From: Haplodiscus bocki
Lineage: Eukaryota
Direction: 5' to 3'
DNA length: 64,000 bases
Assembly: GCA_965655095.1 (NCBI GenBank)
Contig: OZ296659.1
Span: 32,054,001 to 32,118,000, forward strand
Position numbers and translations under genes: made by a program. Positions 23,601 to 35,665 of the stretch are shown piece after piece (position 1 is the first letter of the stretch; each line of letters begins with the position of its first letter). Under the pieces are notes generated by a model. That model saw nothing but the letters and a program-made list of their open reading frames with translations, had not been told where the DNA came from and ran no database searches.

Positions 23601-26600
23601 TTTGAGTTTCTTTCATCAAATTAAAAGTTCAAGTTTTCTTCAACAAGAAAAAAAGTTACAATAGTTTAGGAATAGATTGTCTGTCTTATTAATATCTCAG
23701 AGAGCAGCTTAGAAAACTTCTTCCAAACTATCAACGACTTGGTTCATCATAGGAAGTGGAGTATTTTATCGTGTGAAAATTCGAGCGTATTTATCAGGTT
23801 ATTTGGAAGAGGGTTTATGTGTAGTTGATGGTACTGTTGAGTTTTGTGCATTTTGGAATAAATTGTTCCGATTAGTTTGTTGTATTGATCTAGAATGTTT
23901 ACTAAAACTAATACAGCTATCAGATGAGGAAGATGTTTGTCTCGGGGTAAGCCTCTGATTGCCAAAAGTTGATTATGAGACAGAACAGTTATGTAATTTG
24001 TGAGGTAAAACATGAGTATCAGGGGCATGCTCATTTGGTAAGTCTTCATTCATTTGAAAAAAAGTTCATTGAACACTTTCTGTGTTGCCGGTGAAGGCTC
24101 GGCATCATATTGTTTTCTGTATTCAAAGTTTGCTTGTTGAGAAATGTTGTTCTGGATCAGCGTGAGATAAAATGACCATTTTTCAAAGTAGCTACAAAAT
24201 TCGTTTCTTCACTAATTGGGTGTACTTGGTGTCGGGCCTAAAAACGTGACTGGTCAATTGAGCGTTTTTGACGTTCGACGTTGGTAACATCATTCGATGG
24301 TTTGGTGACATCTTATAAGCAAGATTTTTCCTCTTAACCACTGTTTTTATTGTTTCAATTTGTGTGCCTGGTTCATCACCTGTAGGAAATTGATCTCATT
24401 TTTTTCCGTTGGCAAAGCAATCTCATTCAGTTGGGATATCTTGAATTGGAAGACTTTCATACTCCCAAATTCCGGTTTTGGATTGAAACTCGAGCCATCT
24501 TTTGTTGACTAGTTCTTTAACGCGGCAAGCATGAACAAAAAAATGATTCATGTGTTCCGATTCGAACAATTTGTGCTTCAGCTTGGGTTTCAAATTTGAT
24601 GGCTGCACTAGCAAAATGTTCAGAAACTTTTTTCAAAAGATAGACCAGTCTTGGGTATCCGTTTCGGAGAGCCTGTTAATTAAAGATGAAGCAGGGTCTC
24701 AGAAGAAGTAGCTTAAATAGCCTTTCTACGTATGTTCCATCTGGTATATTGTTTTGAATTTGTAGGTTTGAGACCAAGTTGATTGGTACCACGAGCTTTA
24801 ATACCTTACAATAACTTTTCAAGAAGCTATTGATAATCAGTACCGTTAAAAGTTTGTAATTGACTTGAAAGTGGAGCGCAAGTTGGGTTATTGAATTTTT
24901 AGGTCTGGGAGGATGGTTGAAAAAGTGGTACTTATGAAATGGGTGGCCTAAACGTGGGCGGTAGTGTAAGAACAGAAGATGCGGATGTTTTTGTGGATGG
25001 TGTAGTCCAATGTTGGGAGGATGTATCCATAGGATGGGTTCGGGGGGTTGGTATAGATGGAGCAGAGTTTGGTTGAGTGAGATGAGTAGATAAAGGAGTT
25101 GGGATAGAAAACCGAATTGTAAGAAGTGTAGGGGAGTATTGTGGATAGTAGAAAATGGTTTAAATTGACTGGACTTAGGAAAAATTTGACTTTTGTGTGT
25201 ACTATTCTGAGTTTGTTATAATTGAGACGGCGTGCTCACCAGGTGTTGAGTCGTGGTGGTCCCGAGGAAGAATTAGAAAAAAATGGAGATGGGTAACCGG
25301 GATATGTGCTTACCGACGGAACGGTTATATGCACTGGGAGAGATTAGTGAAGATTAGGAGTTGGAGTTTCCGAGATTTTGCGTACATTTCGATAAAGAGT
25401 GCCTACCAGAATGGTGAAAATATTTTGCGCTGAATTTGCTCTTGGTAAAGTTGCGGGTTTGTGCAATTGAAGAAACTCAGGATCAAGGAAAAACAAGGTG
25501 TCAAAGTTTTCTTCCTTTTCCTGTTTTTTGTACAAAGTTAGGTGTGTCTTTTGAAATATTGGTTTATAGGTGGAATTTTACGACTGTATTGACAATCAGA
25601 AACTTCATGGAAAAGAACCAAGGGTGAGGTATAGTTTGAGAGGAATATAATGTACTTGAAAAGTGACTTTAATGTTCGGGAAATGAAAGAATTTTCGAAA
25701 TAGTACTGAACACAGAGAGAGGTAAATTCAATTGTGATGTATCTGGGGTTTCTACAACGCTGATGTTTTCCAGATCAGAAGGAAAAACTATAGCAAGATT
25801 GGCTAAAACTTTCCTATTGTTCCTAAACAGAGAGAATTTGATCAACATTTGAACATTGATGAGACAAACTTTCGCAAATAGGATTGGCAACATGGGGAGT
25901 TTGCTTTGAAAAATTTTGGAGAAATCGGTCATAATCATGGGTAATGTAATGATGGAAAAATTAGTGTTCAGAAGTGTGAGTACGAATTTGTCATATTTGA
26001 ATTAGAGAGTTAATGGTTGATCATTGCATTTTTTTAAAAATTGTCTAATTCTTGGTTGTAGAGAACAATTGGAAACACGTGAAAAAAAGTGTTTTTCAGT
26101 TTGTGAGATACATGTTTTTACAAGTGGTATTTAAATAAAGAGAGTCATGTTATAGTTATTACTGATGTTCTCACAAAATGGGGTCAGTCTAACATCGCAA
26201 CTAAAGAAAAGATATACAGAACTGAATGACAGTGAACGCAGAGAGTAATGTGGTTGTTGATTTTGTTGGTTGATAGTAATGAGCGACTTGATTGTAGTGA
26301 GAAAAAAAACTGTTAATGAAACAAGGTGTTTAAAGTACCCTATCCAAAGTCTAAGTACCTGAATTAAGGACGACGCGATTGTACAAAATTGTTACAATTT
26401 CTTGAATCTGAAGCGACGTACTAGTAAATTGAAAAAATTTAGAAAATGCGCATCAGGAACTGAGTCAAAAGATAGTATCAATTGGTTTAGGTATTTTAAT
26501 GAAGGTTTTCTATCTAAAGAGGTCTCTGAATGTTATGGCTAAGTCGTAACAGCAACCTTTATAAACTTTTTTCTCAAATCACTTGTACCGATTGCGTAAA

Positions 26601-26890
26601 TACTAACCTTGAACGAAAAAACATTCTTGGAATGATCTTTTTCTCCTTAGTGTTGTTAGTTTTACAATTTCTTGTCTTCATTATTGTATTTTTTTTCGTC
26701 TAGCTCTTCAAATTTTTCTTCAAGAGTAATTACAAACCATTGTTTAATTATCCTTATTATATTTTATGTTTAGTTCAGTCCAACAGCCCCCTACGATCCT
26801 CCCCCTCAATACGAAGATTTTGTGTACGAAGACAAAATACCGGGGAATCAACAGCATCAACAACAGCAACAGCAGGCAGAGAGACTTTAA
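11058..26890 (+). CDS. MEGF10/11-Draper-CED-1-like multi-EGF type I membrane receptor, 3' exons only: 11058-11604, 11857-11949, 12195-12436, 13108-13651, 15622-15720, 20356-20642, 26774-26890
   Basis: Cys-rich laminin-EGF repeats and a NIM-type repeat. TM helix WFGIGIAALVFLVLILALVAAFYF is followed by a basic stop-transfer. All exons have AG acceptors and phase-compatible donors (1,1,0,1,1,0), giving an uninterrupted frame to TAA at 26888-26890. The 5' exons were not found in the window. Confidence 0.85.
11857..11949 (+). CDS. NIM/EGF exon (AVCDPQCVHGICNRPNKCACEPGFGGDACES)
   Basis: ttatAG acceptor, G|GTGAGT donor, 93 nt, phase 1-1. Matches the Nimrod-type consensus C..C..G.C..P..C.C..G. Missed by the ORF track. 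Confidence 0.85.
12195..12436 (+). CDS. EGF-repeat exon (VCPEGFYG...CKSGYK)
   Basis: tttAG acceptor, AAG|GTGATG donor, phase 1-0. Confidence 0.85.
13108..13651 (+). CDS. EGF-repeat exon B, paralogue of exon A
   Basis: tgtcAG|GGT acceptor, G|GTTAGA donor, 544-nt open frame. Confidence 0.88.
15622..15720 (+). CDS. Membrane-proximal EGF exon (ECEYGKHGMDCALTCYCTSELPFCDHIEGCITS)
   Basis: Polypyrimidine tract plus ttcAG acceptor, Cys spacing, donor G|GCAAGT. Confidence 0.8.
18950..19272. repeat. Array of TCTTGCAAGA-type palindromes, probable MITE/DNA-transposon end
   Basis: More than 12 TTGCA cores, several as the perfect palindrome TCTTGCAAGA, ending in ...TTAACCAGG. Confidence 0.55.
20356..20642 (+). 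CDS. Stalk, transmembrane and juxtamembrane exon
   Basis: tacAG acceptor, TM helix, PPAY and NPAF motifs, donor CCT|GTTAGT. Confidence 0.8.
21235..21727. repeat. ~100-bp direct repeat (21235-21335 vs 21625-21727) inside the LTR element
   Basis: Shared TTATCC.GG.TTGATAGA...TTGCTTGTTTACT.AAAAACATCAACAATCACAGTA.TATCTA. Confidence 0.8.
23469..23606. repeat. Tandem duplication with a 71-bp period
   Basis: CAGGTTTAGTTTATTGTGTTGAC...TGTTTGTTTGAG present twice, starting at 23469 and 23540. Confidence 0.95.
26774..26890 (+). CDS. Terminal coding exon (FSPTAPYDPPPQYEDFVYEDKIPGNQQHQQQQQQAERL*)
   Basis: tttAG acceptor in phase 0 with the TM exon; PTAP and PPxY motifs, poly-Q. Confidence 0.7.
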   Translation, partial: FSPTAPYDPPPQYEDFVYEDKIPGNQQHQQQQQQAERL

Positions 26891-28669
26891 GAACTGAGTG
26901 TGGATCATCACGTCAACAACCCCACTGCTGTTTCCGAAGGTAGAACTTTGCACCGTTCGGACAAGTATAAAAAAGCATAACACTTTTAGAAATTGTTGAT
27001 CTCTGCAGTGAGCGTGTTTTTTCCTGGAAATTGAATACAACAACGTTAAAGCAGTTACACAGACGGCATAGAGCCGTAATAACAGTTCCTCGAATATTTA
27101 CTGTTCTCAAAATGCATCAGGTTTCTGCAAGTATAATAGTATAACAACCATTGCTACGTTCACGCACCCTGCCACACGTATCAATGTTTTGTGGGAACAA
27201 TTACATTATAAATTACGCACAAAAACATAAATGTGACATTTGGACCAGGTTTGACCTCCCATCCATAGTCATTGATGGAGTATCGATGCTCTATCAGTTT
27301 CCATCAATACCGCCCGCATCGATGTAAATCAATGGAATTTGAAACTTCCAAGCTTTTTCAGGCATGTTGAACAAAACACTTGCTCAGAAATTGCAGCAAG
27401 ACAAAAGTATTTTTGAAATGAGCGAACGTAAACTAATTGTTGGAGAGAAAAGGAAAAGATGTAATAAATCAAAGCGCCTTGCTAACTTTAATCTAACGTG
27501 AAATTCTACCAATTTTTACTGTGGTGTTTGCAATCACAAGGACTTCGGAAACGAAATGAAAGGAAAAGACTTTCACGGAAGACTTATAGGATTACTCGAT
27601 TTTATTTTTTTTATGCAGTTTTGGTAAATTTAGCGCAGATCCAAAAATGTAAACTAAGGTATCCTTAGAGGAAAATGCTTACTTTGGGAACAATTTGGAA
27701 GTAAGAGTGCACGAGGAGGTTAAACAGAGGAAATGATTCAATTTTCATCCGGAGAAGCCACCGGGCAACAGCGTTGTTTGTTCCAAGCTCTGCAAACGAA
27801 TTGAATTGAGGTTTTTCTAACTTGGCAACAGAGCTTAGAGAAGATGGGCTACTAGAGTGTTCGGGAAAATTAGAATGTGATCATTTTTTCGATTTTAATC
27901 CAGGATAGTATCGGGGCAAATGCATGGCCCGTGGCCTCTCCCATGATGTGAGACCACACAGAATATTAAAAATTTGTTGAACTTTTGAGATTTTCAACTT
28001 GTTCCGTTACTTGGATTGTACCAAAAAAGATGCATTAAGGATTTGGGGGACTCCTCCAGAATTTTTATAATTGGTCGAAAAATTTGACGTTTTTGCACTT
28101 AAGGTGAACTTTTTCGATCCGGATTTTGCAGACAAGTATGAGCGTCTGAATCATCCTCGTTAGCAAGATTTGACGTTTTCTCGACCTACAGTATTGGCAG
28201 TGTTTATAAAGATAGCATCATTGAGATGGTTTAAATCACCAAAACTTTGAGTGAGGTTCGTCGTTAAGCAATCGCAAGAAAATTCCCAATGTTGTTTCAT
28301 CGGATCCTTCCTCTTCAATCAAGCAAATCAGCAGGGAGTGTGAAAAAGCTCTGATTTGTAACTTGGCTGTCGACAGTGCTCAGAAAGCCTATTCGTCTTG
28401 CCGCGGTCTTCAAAATTTTCGGAAAACAGTTTTTATGGATTATTGTCAAGATGAGCAAACCTGCCAGAAGGTTATGCAGGCAAAGCAGAGATTGAGTACG
28501 AACTTTTTATATGCCGGATAATACAGGGTGCTATTAAAACCCTATTTGTAGCCTGCGTTTCCAATAAAAAGAAATGCAGTATGTCTTAAGACTAATATTG
28601 GATCAATTCGAAAGATGTGAAAGCGTTCTTACACATTCTGTTGAGTGGAAAAATGTGCATTGGGAACCG

Positions 28670-29038
28670 GCTGTCGTGACCTTGCATGAGGTCCGCTTCA
28701 GGATGAGGATCATTCTGGGAGTCGTCCTCATTCGTTCCCTGGCTTATTATTAATGCGTTCCGGGAGGGCTCCGGAGTGGTTCCGGAGCGTCCTGGAAGTA
28801 GCGGGTTCATAAGAAAATCATCGAGCCGCGCTAGTGCGCCTAGAATGCGGTTTTCTGTTCTATTAAACTCCTTTGACAATCTTTTTGTGACCCTTCCCTC
28901 AATTTCCTGGGAAACTTGAGTTATGTATTCCTCTTGCGATCTAGGAGCGCCTGAGTTTTGTGCCAAGTTGCTCCTAGGATGCTCTTCACATTTTTCCTTA
29001 TTCAGCGCTGCCAACTTTCTTTTGTTTCGAGTTGTCAT
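28670..29038 (-). mobile_element. Gypsy-type gag N-terminal fragment
   Basis: Open frame MTTRNKRKLAALNKE...EIEGRVTKRLSKEF.RTENRILGAL..LDDFL.NP. I recognise this as the N-terminus of the gag family whose downstream part lies at 8.7 kb. Truncated after ~120 aa. Confidence 0.55.
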
Positions 29039-29629
29039 CTCTTTAAGGAAAAGTAATGATCAGTCAGTAATACTTTATTATTTGAGTTGAAATGAAAAAT
29101 CAATTTGATTCTAACAGCAATAAGCGATGCGATGAAGGAAGTTTAACAATACTGGATTACTATCATCAGCATCCCGTAAAAAGAAAATTGTGTCCTGTAT
29201 TTTCATTTCTCCTGTTTATACCTTTTTCTGGCGGGAAACATAATTGTTTACCCGCCAAGTCAAAGTACAAATAGGGAAAAATACTTCAGCACATGAAAGT
29301 TAGAAATGTCGACTCTGGCGGGAAATAAACAACCTTTCCATCCATCTCTTCCATCATAGGACGCGCCTTTTCCATCTTTCGACAGAAAAAGGACGGTCCT
29401 AATCCGTCGGAGATGGACATCAAAGCGTGTATTCCCGCGCCGACATTCTGTTTACAGTCTTAGTATACTACTTTCCTTAATTGGGAAACTTAAAATGGAA
29501 AAATAAAGACAATAAAATAAAATATGAAATTCATGACTTTGGTACAAAAATACATTTACTCATCATTTTCATGTTCAACCAATCATCACTTCAATAGTTA
29601 GGCTTTTTGTCTTTTGGAAATGAGGAGAA

Positions 29630-30135
29630 ACTAGTATCACTACTAGTTTACTCCTCGTTCCGACTAGTAGCTACTAGTGGCATCCGGAACAGTTCCGTAG
29701 CGACTAGTAGTATTAGTAATTCAGTCAGCGCTACTAGTGGTATCCGGAACAGTTCCGTAGCCACTAGTAGTACTAATCCTAATTCAGTCAGCCGTGCTCG
29801 AATTAGGAGTGAATACGGAGTCACTCCGTATTCACCATAGCACTGCAGCACCACATAGCTATAAGAATGATTGTGACGTCACCAGATGTAGTGGCCACGG
29901 AACGCGTACGGAACAAAAATTCACTCCGAGAGTCAATTTGATAGCACTTTAGCACAGTAAGCTAAGCTAATAACACTCAAAAGGTGGATGTAAATCAAAT
30001 AAAATGAATAAGTTATTACAAATTATAGCACCTTTTAGAATGAAAAGCTCCGTGAATGTCCGTTTGTTCCGTAACGGTTCCGTATTATTCCGGATCAGTT
30101 CACCAGGGTGATCCGTATGTGATACGGATCAGTAA
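29630..30135. repeat. Hairpin/palindrome-rich element with two ~60-bp tandem units
   Basis: Units at 29670-29729 and 29730-29792 are each self-complementary (CTACTAGT..CGGAAC/GTTCCG..ACTAGTAG). Perfect inverted repeats at 29809-29835 and 30109-30131. Confidence 0.8.
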
Positions 30136-32199
30136 CATGAAAATTGAGAAAATTATGAAGCATGAAGTTTATTGTGTTTTATTTACAGCTCATCAATTCC
30201 TTTGAGGGTCTGGGAATGTTCTTTCCTTCTGCAGCTCTAATCCGCAGGCTTCGCAAGCATACTGCGACACCGGCCTATAAATAGTTATTTTTTAATCAGT
30301 CCAAAACACCAAAAGTTACTTTTTGTGACGTCATCAGAGAGTCCAGTCAGCTAGTGTGAACTGTTGTGCTTTTTAATTGATATTTTTTGGAGAGTGAGAA
30401 GAACAGCTATCTTTTTATTCTAGAGCTGAGGAGACTATATGATTTAAAATCAAAACCAGAGAAAACTCAGAGAGACATAGGAGACATTGCGAGACCAGAT
30501 TCGAATTCGATATAAAAAGGGTGGACTGGTTATCTATTGTTTCAGATTTCTTCAAATTATACTTTATCAACAGTGACAGAAACCGCGTTACAGATACGAA
30601 CATTATCCAAAAAGTTCTCGAGCCAACTTCTCAATTATCTCTCACGATCTGTATATTTTCATATTTTCAATAATAATTTCCTTGCTACAAAAAGTTTTGC
30701 AATCCTTTTAGACTAAAAGCATAGAGACGCGTTGTGACAAGGGTGTTTTTAAACCATATTTTCGCCGCGCAAAACAAATTACTGGCCGACTCATGGATAT
30801 TCCTGGTGATGAACAAAATTTATTATGCTTTTATACAGCTTCTCTGGCATACCATCTCCCCCTCCCCGATGGGATACACTATTGAACCTCAACTAATGTA
30901 CCATGACTGTCTACTACTGAGGCGGGGATAAACTGACTAGGCCTTTTAGGTGACAATAACCATTCGAAAATCGGAGAATTTTATTAGGCCAGTTTCAAAC
31001 GAATGGTTATAGCTAATAACAGCTGAGTAGATATTTCAAACATTTTTGCTGGGAACATAGCTCGCTTAGTAATTGATACAAAGAATCCAACGGATTAAAA
31101 CATACCTCGCTGAATATTTTGGTCTTCAATGTTTTAGAAGAGAAAATTTTGGAATGCATAAATTGTAGAATTGTTGAGAAAAACGATCCACGTAATTCAT
31201 ACGTGAAAAAAATTGCAACGATTGTTGCATATTGAAAAATGGCTAAAACTACAGTGACACGTGTTACTAGAGCTTTTGTTTTAATTTTTGCTAGGAAAAC
31301 TAAAAGTTGTATGAAAAGTTTGTGAAAGTTAAAAAAAAAGAAAAAACTTCTCCTGGAAGTGGCTTTCATAACCACAATCAATCCAAGAACCTTTCATTCA
31401 AACCTGGATTTGGTTTATGAATGAGAAATATATAAAACAGTGCGTGTAGAGAAAATCTCATTTGCAATGTATATTGTAATTATTGTGACATTAACATGAA
31501 AATTACTTTTTAAGAAAAACATTCAATCTCCTGTTTTCAAATACAGAATCAAAAGGAAACTTTTATAAAAAAATCTTTCTCCAAAACTGAAAACAAATAC
31601 AATGACTTGATATACACGCAGGGCAACGTTTTCCAAGAAAAAGTTGTATAAAACAATTCAGTCCCAAAATCTTTGTGTGAATAGGTGATATTGGGAAAAT
31701 CCAATGTAGCGTTTGCAATACTACTCTTTGCCTTACGGCTTACGAAAGGCCTTTGCAAACAAAGAAACTTTTACACTTTATGGGAGTTGAATCAAGTGTA
31801 TTGCATGTCATCTATTTTATAATACCAACGAGCAACAAAACGTCACTAAAACAAAATGTGATAATTGCATTACACACTAGTAATTAAATGATGAAAGGAG
31901 ACAGGAAAATATCAAGAGCATCCTGATAGCGATAGAAAACGATAAATTGTTGTTACTGTGGTATTTGTATTTTTCATGTTTGAATGACGATTGCAAGACA
32001 TGACAAAGGGGTGGGCCATGGAAGAAAATTAAAAATGAGACGTGGATAAAAACAGTGAACATAAAACTTAAAGAAGAGAAAAGATAACCAACCGCTTGCC
32101 TGACCGAAAACCAGGAGCGCCATTGTAGTTTTTAAAAAATATCTGTGGGCCTCTTGTTTCATCATGATGTTGTTAGAACATACGTTCATGGATACTTGG

Positions 32200-33300
32200 C
32201 CGAAGTTGCTTTAGTTTCAATAATTAAACAAATTTGATAGACTTCACGCTGGATTGTTCAACAGCACAAATTTTCAAAATTATGTATCTTTCTTCGCAAG
32301 ATTTGATAAAGATTAATCTCATGCACATGAAATTCAACATAATTTGAACTGGTATGATAAACACAGAAATATACGTCGAAAACAATCGACAAATCCAGCT
32401 CGTGAAAACATCATTTTATTACAATCAAAAATCAGTTTTTGCGAGTAATTGTTCTCTAATAATTAATTAAACAAAAACGAGGCAATCGTTTTTACACTTG
32501 TGGCTAAAACTTGTGAAATATATACTTCAATAACTTACGACTGTATAAGAATTAAATATTCAAATATTTTTATGAAAAATAGTTTGGTTGAATTGGCAAA
32601 AAAATTAGAATGTAAAAAGATTTTATTACCAGAAGAACACTAGGAGACAAGGCTGATTTTGTTAGACGAAAATTGGACAACTTCCATGAAAATTTTCAAA
32701 AAGTATTGCTTCGGACAGACCATTAACGAATCTCATTGTTGAAAATTTTTCATTAAACAATAAGAGATGAAGACCCAGATCCAGAAAAAGCGACAAAAGC
32801 TACCAAGAAGTCAAACTTAAAAGTGGGAAAGAATGAACAGAAACTTTTTTAACAGACGTGTTCTTTTCAGCAGATGTCTGAGGCAAATATGAAAAAAATT
32901 CCGTTGCAGTTTGTGTTCGAAAATCTTTCTCTTGTATCAAAGTTACGTTACTTTTAAGCCTGAGCTTTCCAAATACCAAAACAAAACACAGATTACTTGC
33001 AGGTTATGGGTCCTCGTTATTTGGGGTTGCCTGTCCTCTTTATGTTTTGAAAAAGGGAAATTAATTGGTATTATACGAAGATGAACAATTTTTATATGGG
33101 TGGTGTAAGACCCAAGCTTTACCCTATAATTGATAGGAACATGTACATATATGTTTGGAAACGAAACTCTCAACAGCAGATGATAATGAAAACGGCTATT
33201 TTTCGAAAATAGACTGAGTATATACACAGGCTTAGAAAACAAGCTAATTTCCAATGTGCCCAGAATCCGGAAAATTTAAGTGGGAGTTTTTCACTGATTT
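32200..33300 (+). pseudogene. Protein-primed DNA polymerase B relic (family 2)
   Basis: LAKTCEIYTSITYDCIRI.YS..FM.NSL.EL.K (compare IPKTNE.YIS..YG.IRFIDSYRFL.SSLD.L.K) at ~32500-32610. ExoIII-like ..TDVFFSADV at ~32850. Confidence 0.55.
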
Positions 33301-34089
33301 CTTTTGAGAGTTTTATTGTCATGTTTTTAGATAATCACAGAAATCTGTATGAAAGCCTGCGAATAAAATGATTTGCATCCACAAACACAAAGCACCTTAA
33401 ACCAATGGTGTAGCTGAAATTAAACGCTAATAATTTTGGAAGACAATCAGGAATTGTTGACTTCACCAACATTTATTAAGCGAACGTAACAAAATGTCTC
33501 CTGAAGATTTTCTCTGGCAAATGACTCGAAGTTTTTGAATGAGTGGTAAAACGAGGTATTCCAATTGATTAAAGGGATAACAAAAAACCAAACGGAAACA
33601 AAACATCATAAAACCTTGAAATTCAATTTGATAAATGCAATAAAATCACCATACCAACTAGAAGAGGTAAAATCGAATTTAGGTGTACGTTGCTTTGTAG
33701 TATACATTTCAGTTTTCGACAAAACTAAGTATAGAAAAAATTAGCAGCTTACACACCAGAGCATGGAGAGGATCTTGATTTTTTCAGAAAGTTAGATTAG
33801 TTGAAAGAGCAAAAAAGTTAAGAGGAAATATAGTAAATGTTAAACAAGCGAAAAAAAGATTAGAAACAAGGAAAAGGTTGGCAAAAACATTTAGTCAACT
33901 AATCTTGAAGAATATAGTTGAAGGAAAAAAACAAAGTGGATTCTCAGAAATTCAAAAGATTGATAAAGAAACATGGCTTGCAGGATGAGTTTTTTAAACA
34001 AGGGAATATAAAACATCTTAGACGAAAAACATATTGAAGCTGGACACTAACTTTTAAAACTCCACCTAGAAAAAATGAAGGAGGAGAAA

Positions 34090-34470
34090 TTATTAACACG
34101 GAGAAGCTCTCTTCACCTAAAAACACAAAAAACGATCAAACGGTAAATATTTTTACAACACAAAGTGTTTTGTTCATACATGGCACTAAAAGTGGGTTAT
34201 TGCATTTTACCTAAAAAATCGTATTTCATCCATAAAAAAAGAGGATTGAAAAAACAGTTTATGTGATAGGAAATTTATTTAGTGACAGCCTTCGTACTAG
34301 AGGTATTTATGAAACCCACTTGAAATGTAAATAATTGCGTGGAATTGGTAAACAGACCACGAAACCCTATTCATGTCGTTCTATATTAGACAAAATCCTC
34401 TTGTCTTAATATCAAAAAGAAAGACTAGAAAACCTTGTAACGATATGAACGAATCTGTGTGAGGAATTTT
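34090..34470 (+). pseudogene. Retroviral-type integrase relic (family 2)
   Basis: Only a faint N-terminal (..S.PKNTKN..T) and C-terminal (..RYE.S..) resemblance to Polinton integrases, plus positional support. Confidence 0.3.
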
Positions 34471-34589
34471 CTTTTTGCGTAGGAAATGATGAGAATCACA
34501 GTTTTGATTTTGATGCTGAAGCATTTTTTCACGACATTAATAACAAAAAAGACAACCATTTTTCTAATACTTTTAGTAATAATTTTGAC

Positions 34590-35645
34590 GATAAGTGCAA
34601 GTAGTACTGATCATTTGTTACTTTCACTTGCAAAAGACAAAGACACAGTTTTTGAACAGACTGAGACAAAACCACAAGAGACCTTAGCTTTTTTTTGCTG
34701 ACAAAACCATGTGAGTTTTGTCCAATTGAAAGGCTCTTAGATTTAGGAGATGACCCTTGAAAGCGCGGAAACAGACAGAAGTTAGGAAGAGCTCGTTTAA
34801 AACAATTCGGAAACTCGCAAATTCAAAAAAAGAAAGATTTTAGCTAACAATCACGTTGTTTTTTCAAAAATTGAAAATTCGATGATGAATACATCGATCG
34901 GCCAGACACAAAAAAGAAAAATAAATGAAAAACTGAAATAAATTCGACTGACGGCTACAAAGTTAAAATTTTAAAAACTGTACTTGAAACAGAAAAAGAA
35001 AAGGTATCTATTAAAAATTGTGTTATTGCTGAGTTTTGATAGATAAAGGAAATTTGAAGGTTTTTGGGAAATCATTCTTCCTAGACGTATTTGTGGCTTC
35101 TTTGGAAAAAACTGATTAGAAGAACAAGTTTTGATTTTTTCAATTGAAACTTTTCTGATTCTGTTTCTTTCGAAATACCACCATGGATAAATCAAATTAG
35201 TGATACTTTTACTACGCTAGAATTTTAGTGGATGTCACGGTTTTCGTTGATAATATAACAAAAAACTCAAAATTACAACCAAAAAATTCTTTTCGATTTG
35301 ACAAATTGTCTTTTTTTATTCGTAAGTCCAGAGCTCACTACTCACATAGTTTTTAAAACTAGTATTGATTTTAATACTGAAAACAAGTCAACCGTAGTAG
35401 ATTTACTTCTTCTGAAATGTGGTCGTAGACTCGGGTGATTTTTAATTAGCATAAAAAAAGCAGTTTTCCTTCTGTTTTGCTCTGGAGAAACTAACCAGAT
35501 ATAAAACATTTTGTGAGCTCGGAAAAAAATTTCTTAGTAAGATAAATAATACCGTTTTAAACAGTGTAGTGTTTACTTGAAGGCGATGATGTACACAGTG
35601 TTTGTTTTAAAGGTGAAACGATGACTTTCAGTTTTTTGAATTAAA
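34590..35645 (+). pseudogene. Minor capsid (penton-like) relic (family 2)
   Basis: N-term TDHLLLSLAK...EQT..KPQETL.F. C-term LLLKC...F..FAL...YK.FCE...KINN.VLN..VF.LE.DD...V.F.GETMTF. Confidence 0.65.
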
Positions 35646-35665
35646 ATGTCATTTTTACAAGAACT

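Larger units (their letters stand above)
21043..26734 (-). mobile_element. Decayed short-LTR retroelement in the last intron, antisense; gag relic, no recognisable pol
   Basis: Diverged direct repeats at 21043-21194 and 26584-26734 (TGTACCGATTGCGTAAA...TTACA; TGTA..TACA termini; AATAAA on the minus strand of the left copy). Gag-like QDWSIF..KF...RVKELVNKRW near 24500-24660 (-). No TSD seen. Confidence 0.65.

Noticed and set aside
27480-28560. Coding-like eroded segment with Cys pairs
   Set aside because: No continuous frame or recognisable family motif.
29670-29792. CRISPR-like repeats
   Set aside because: Only two adjacent near-identical units without unique spacers, no cas genes, eukaryotic context.
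30270-30335. TATA box (CCTATAAATAG) plus TGACGTCA as a promoter
   Set aside because: No downstream gene could be identified, and short motifs are expected by chance in AT-rich DNA.
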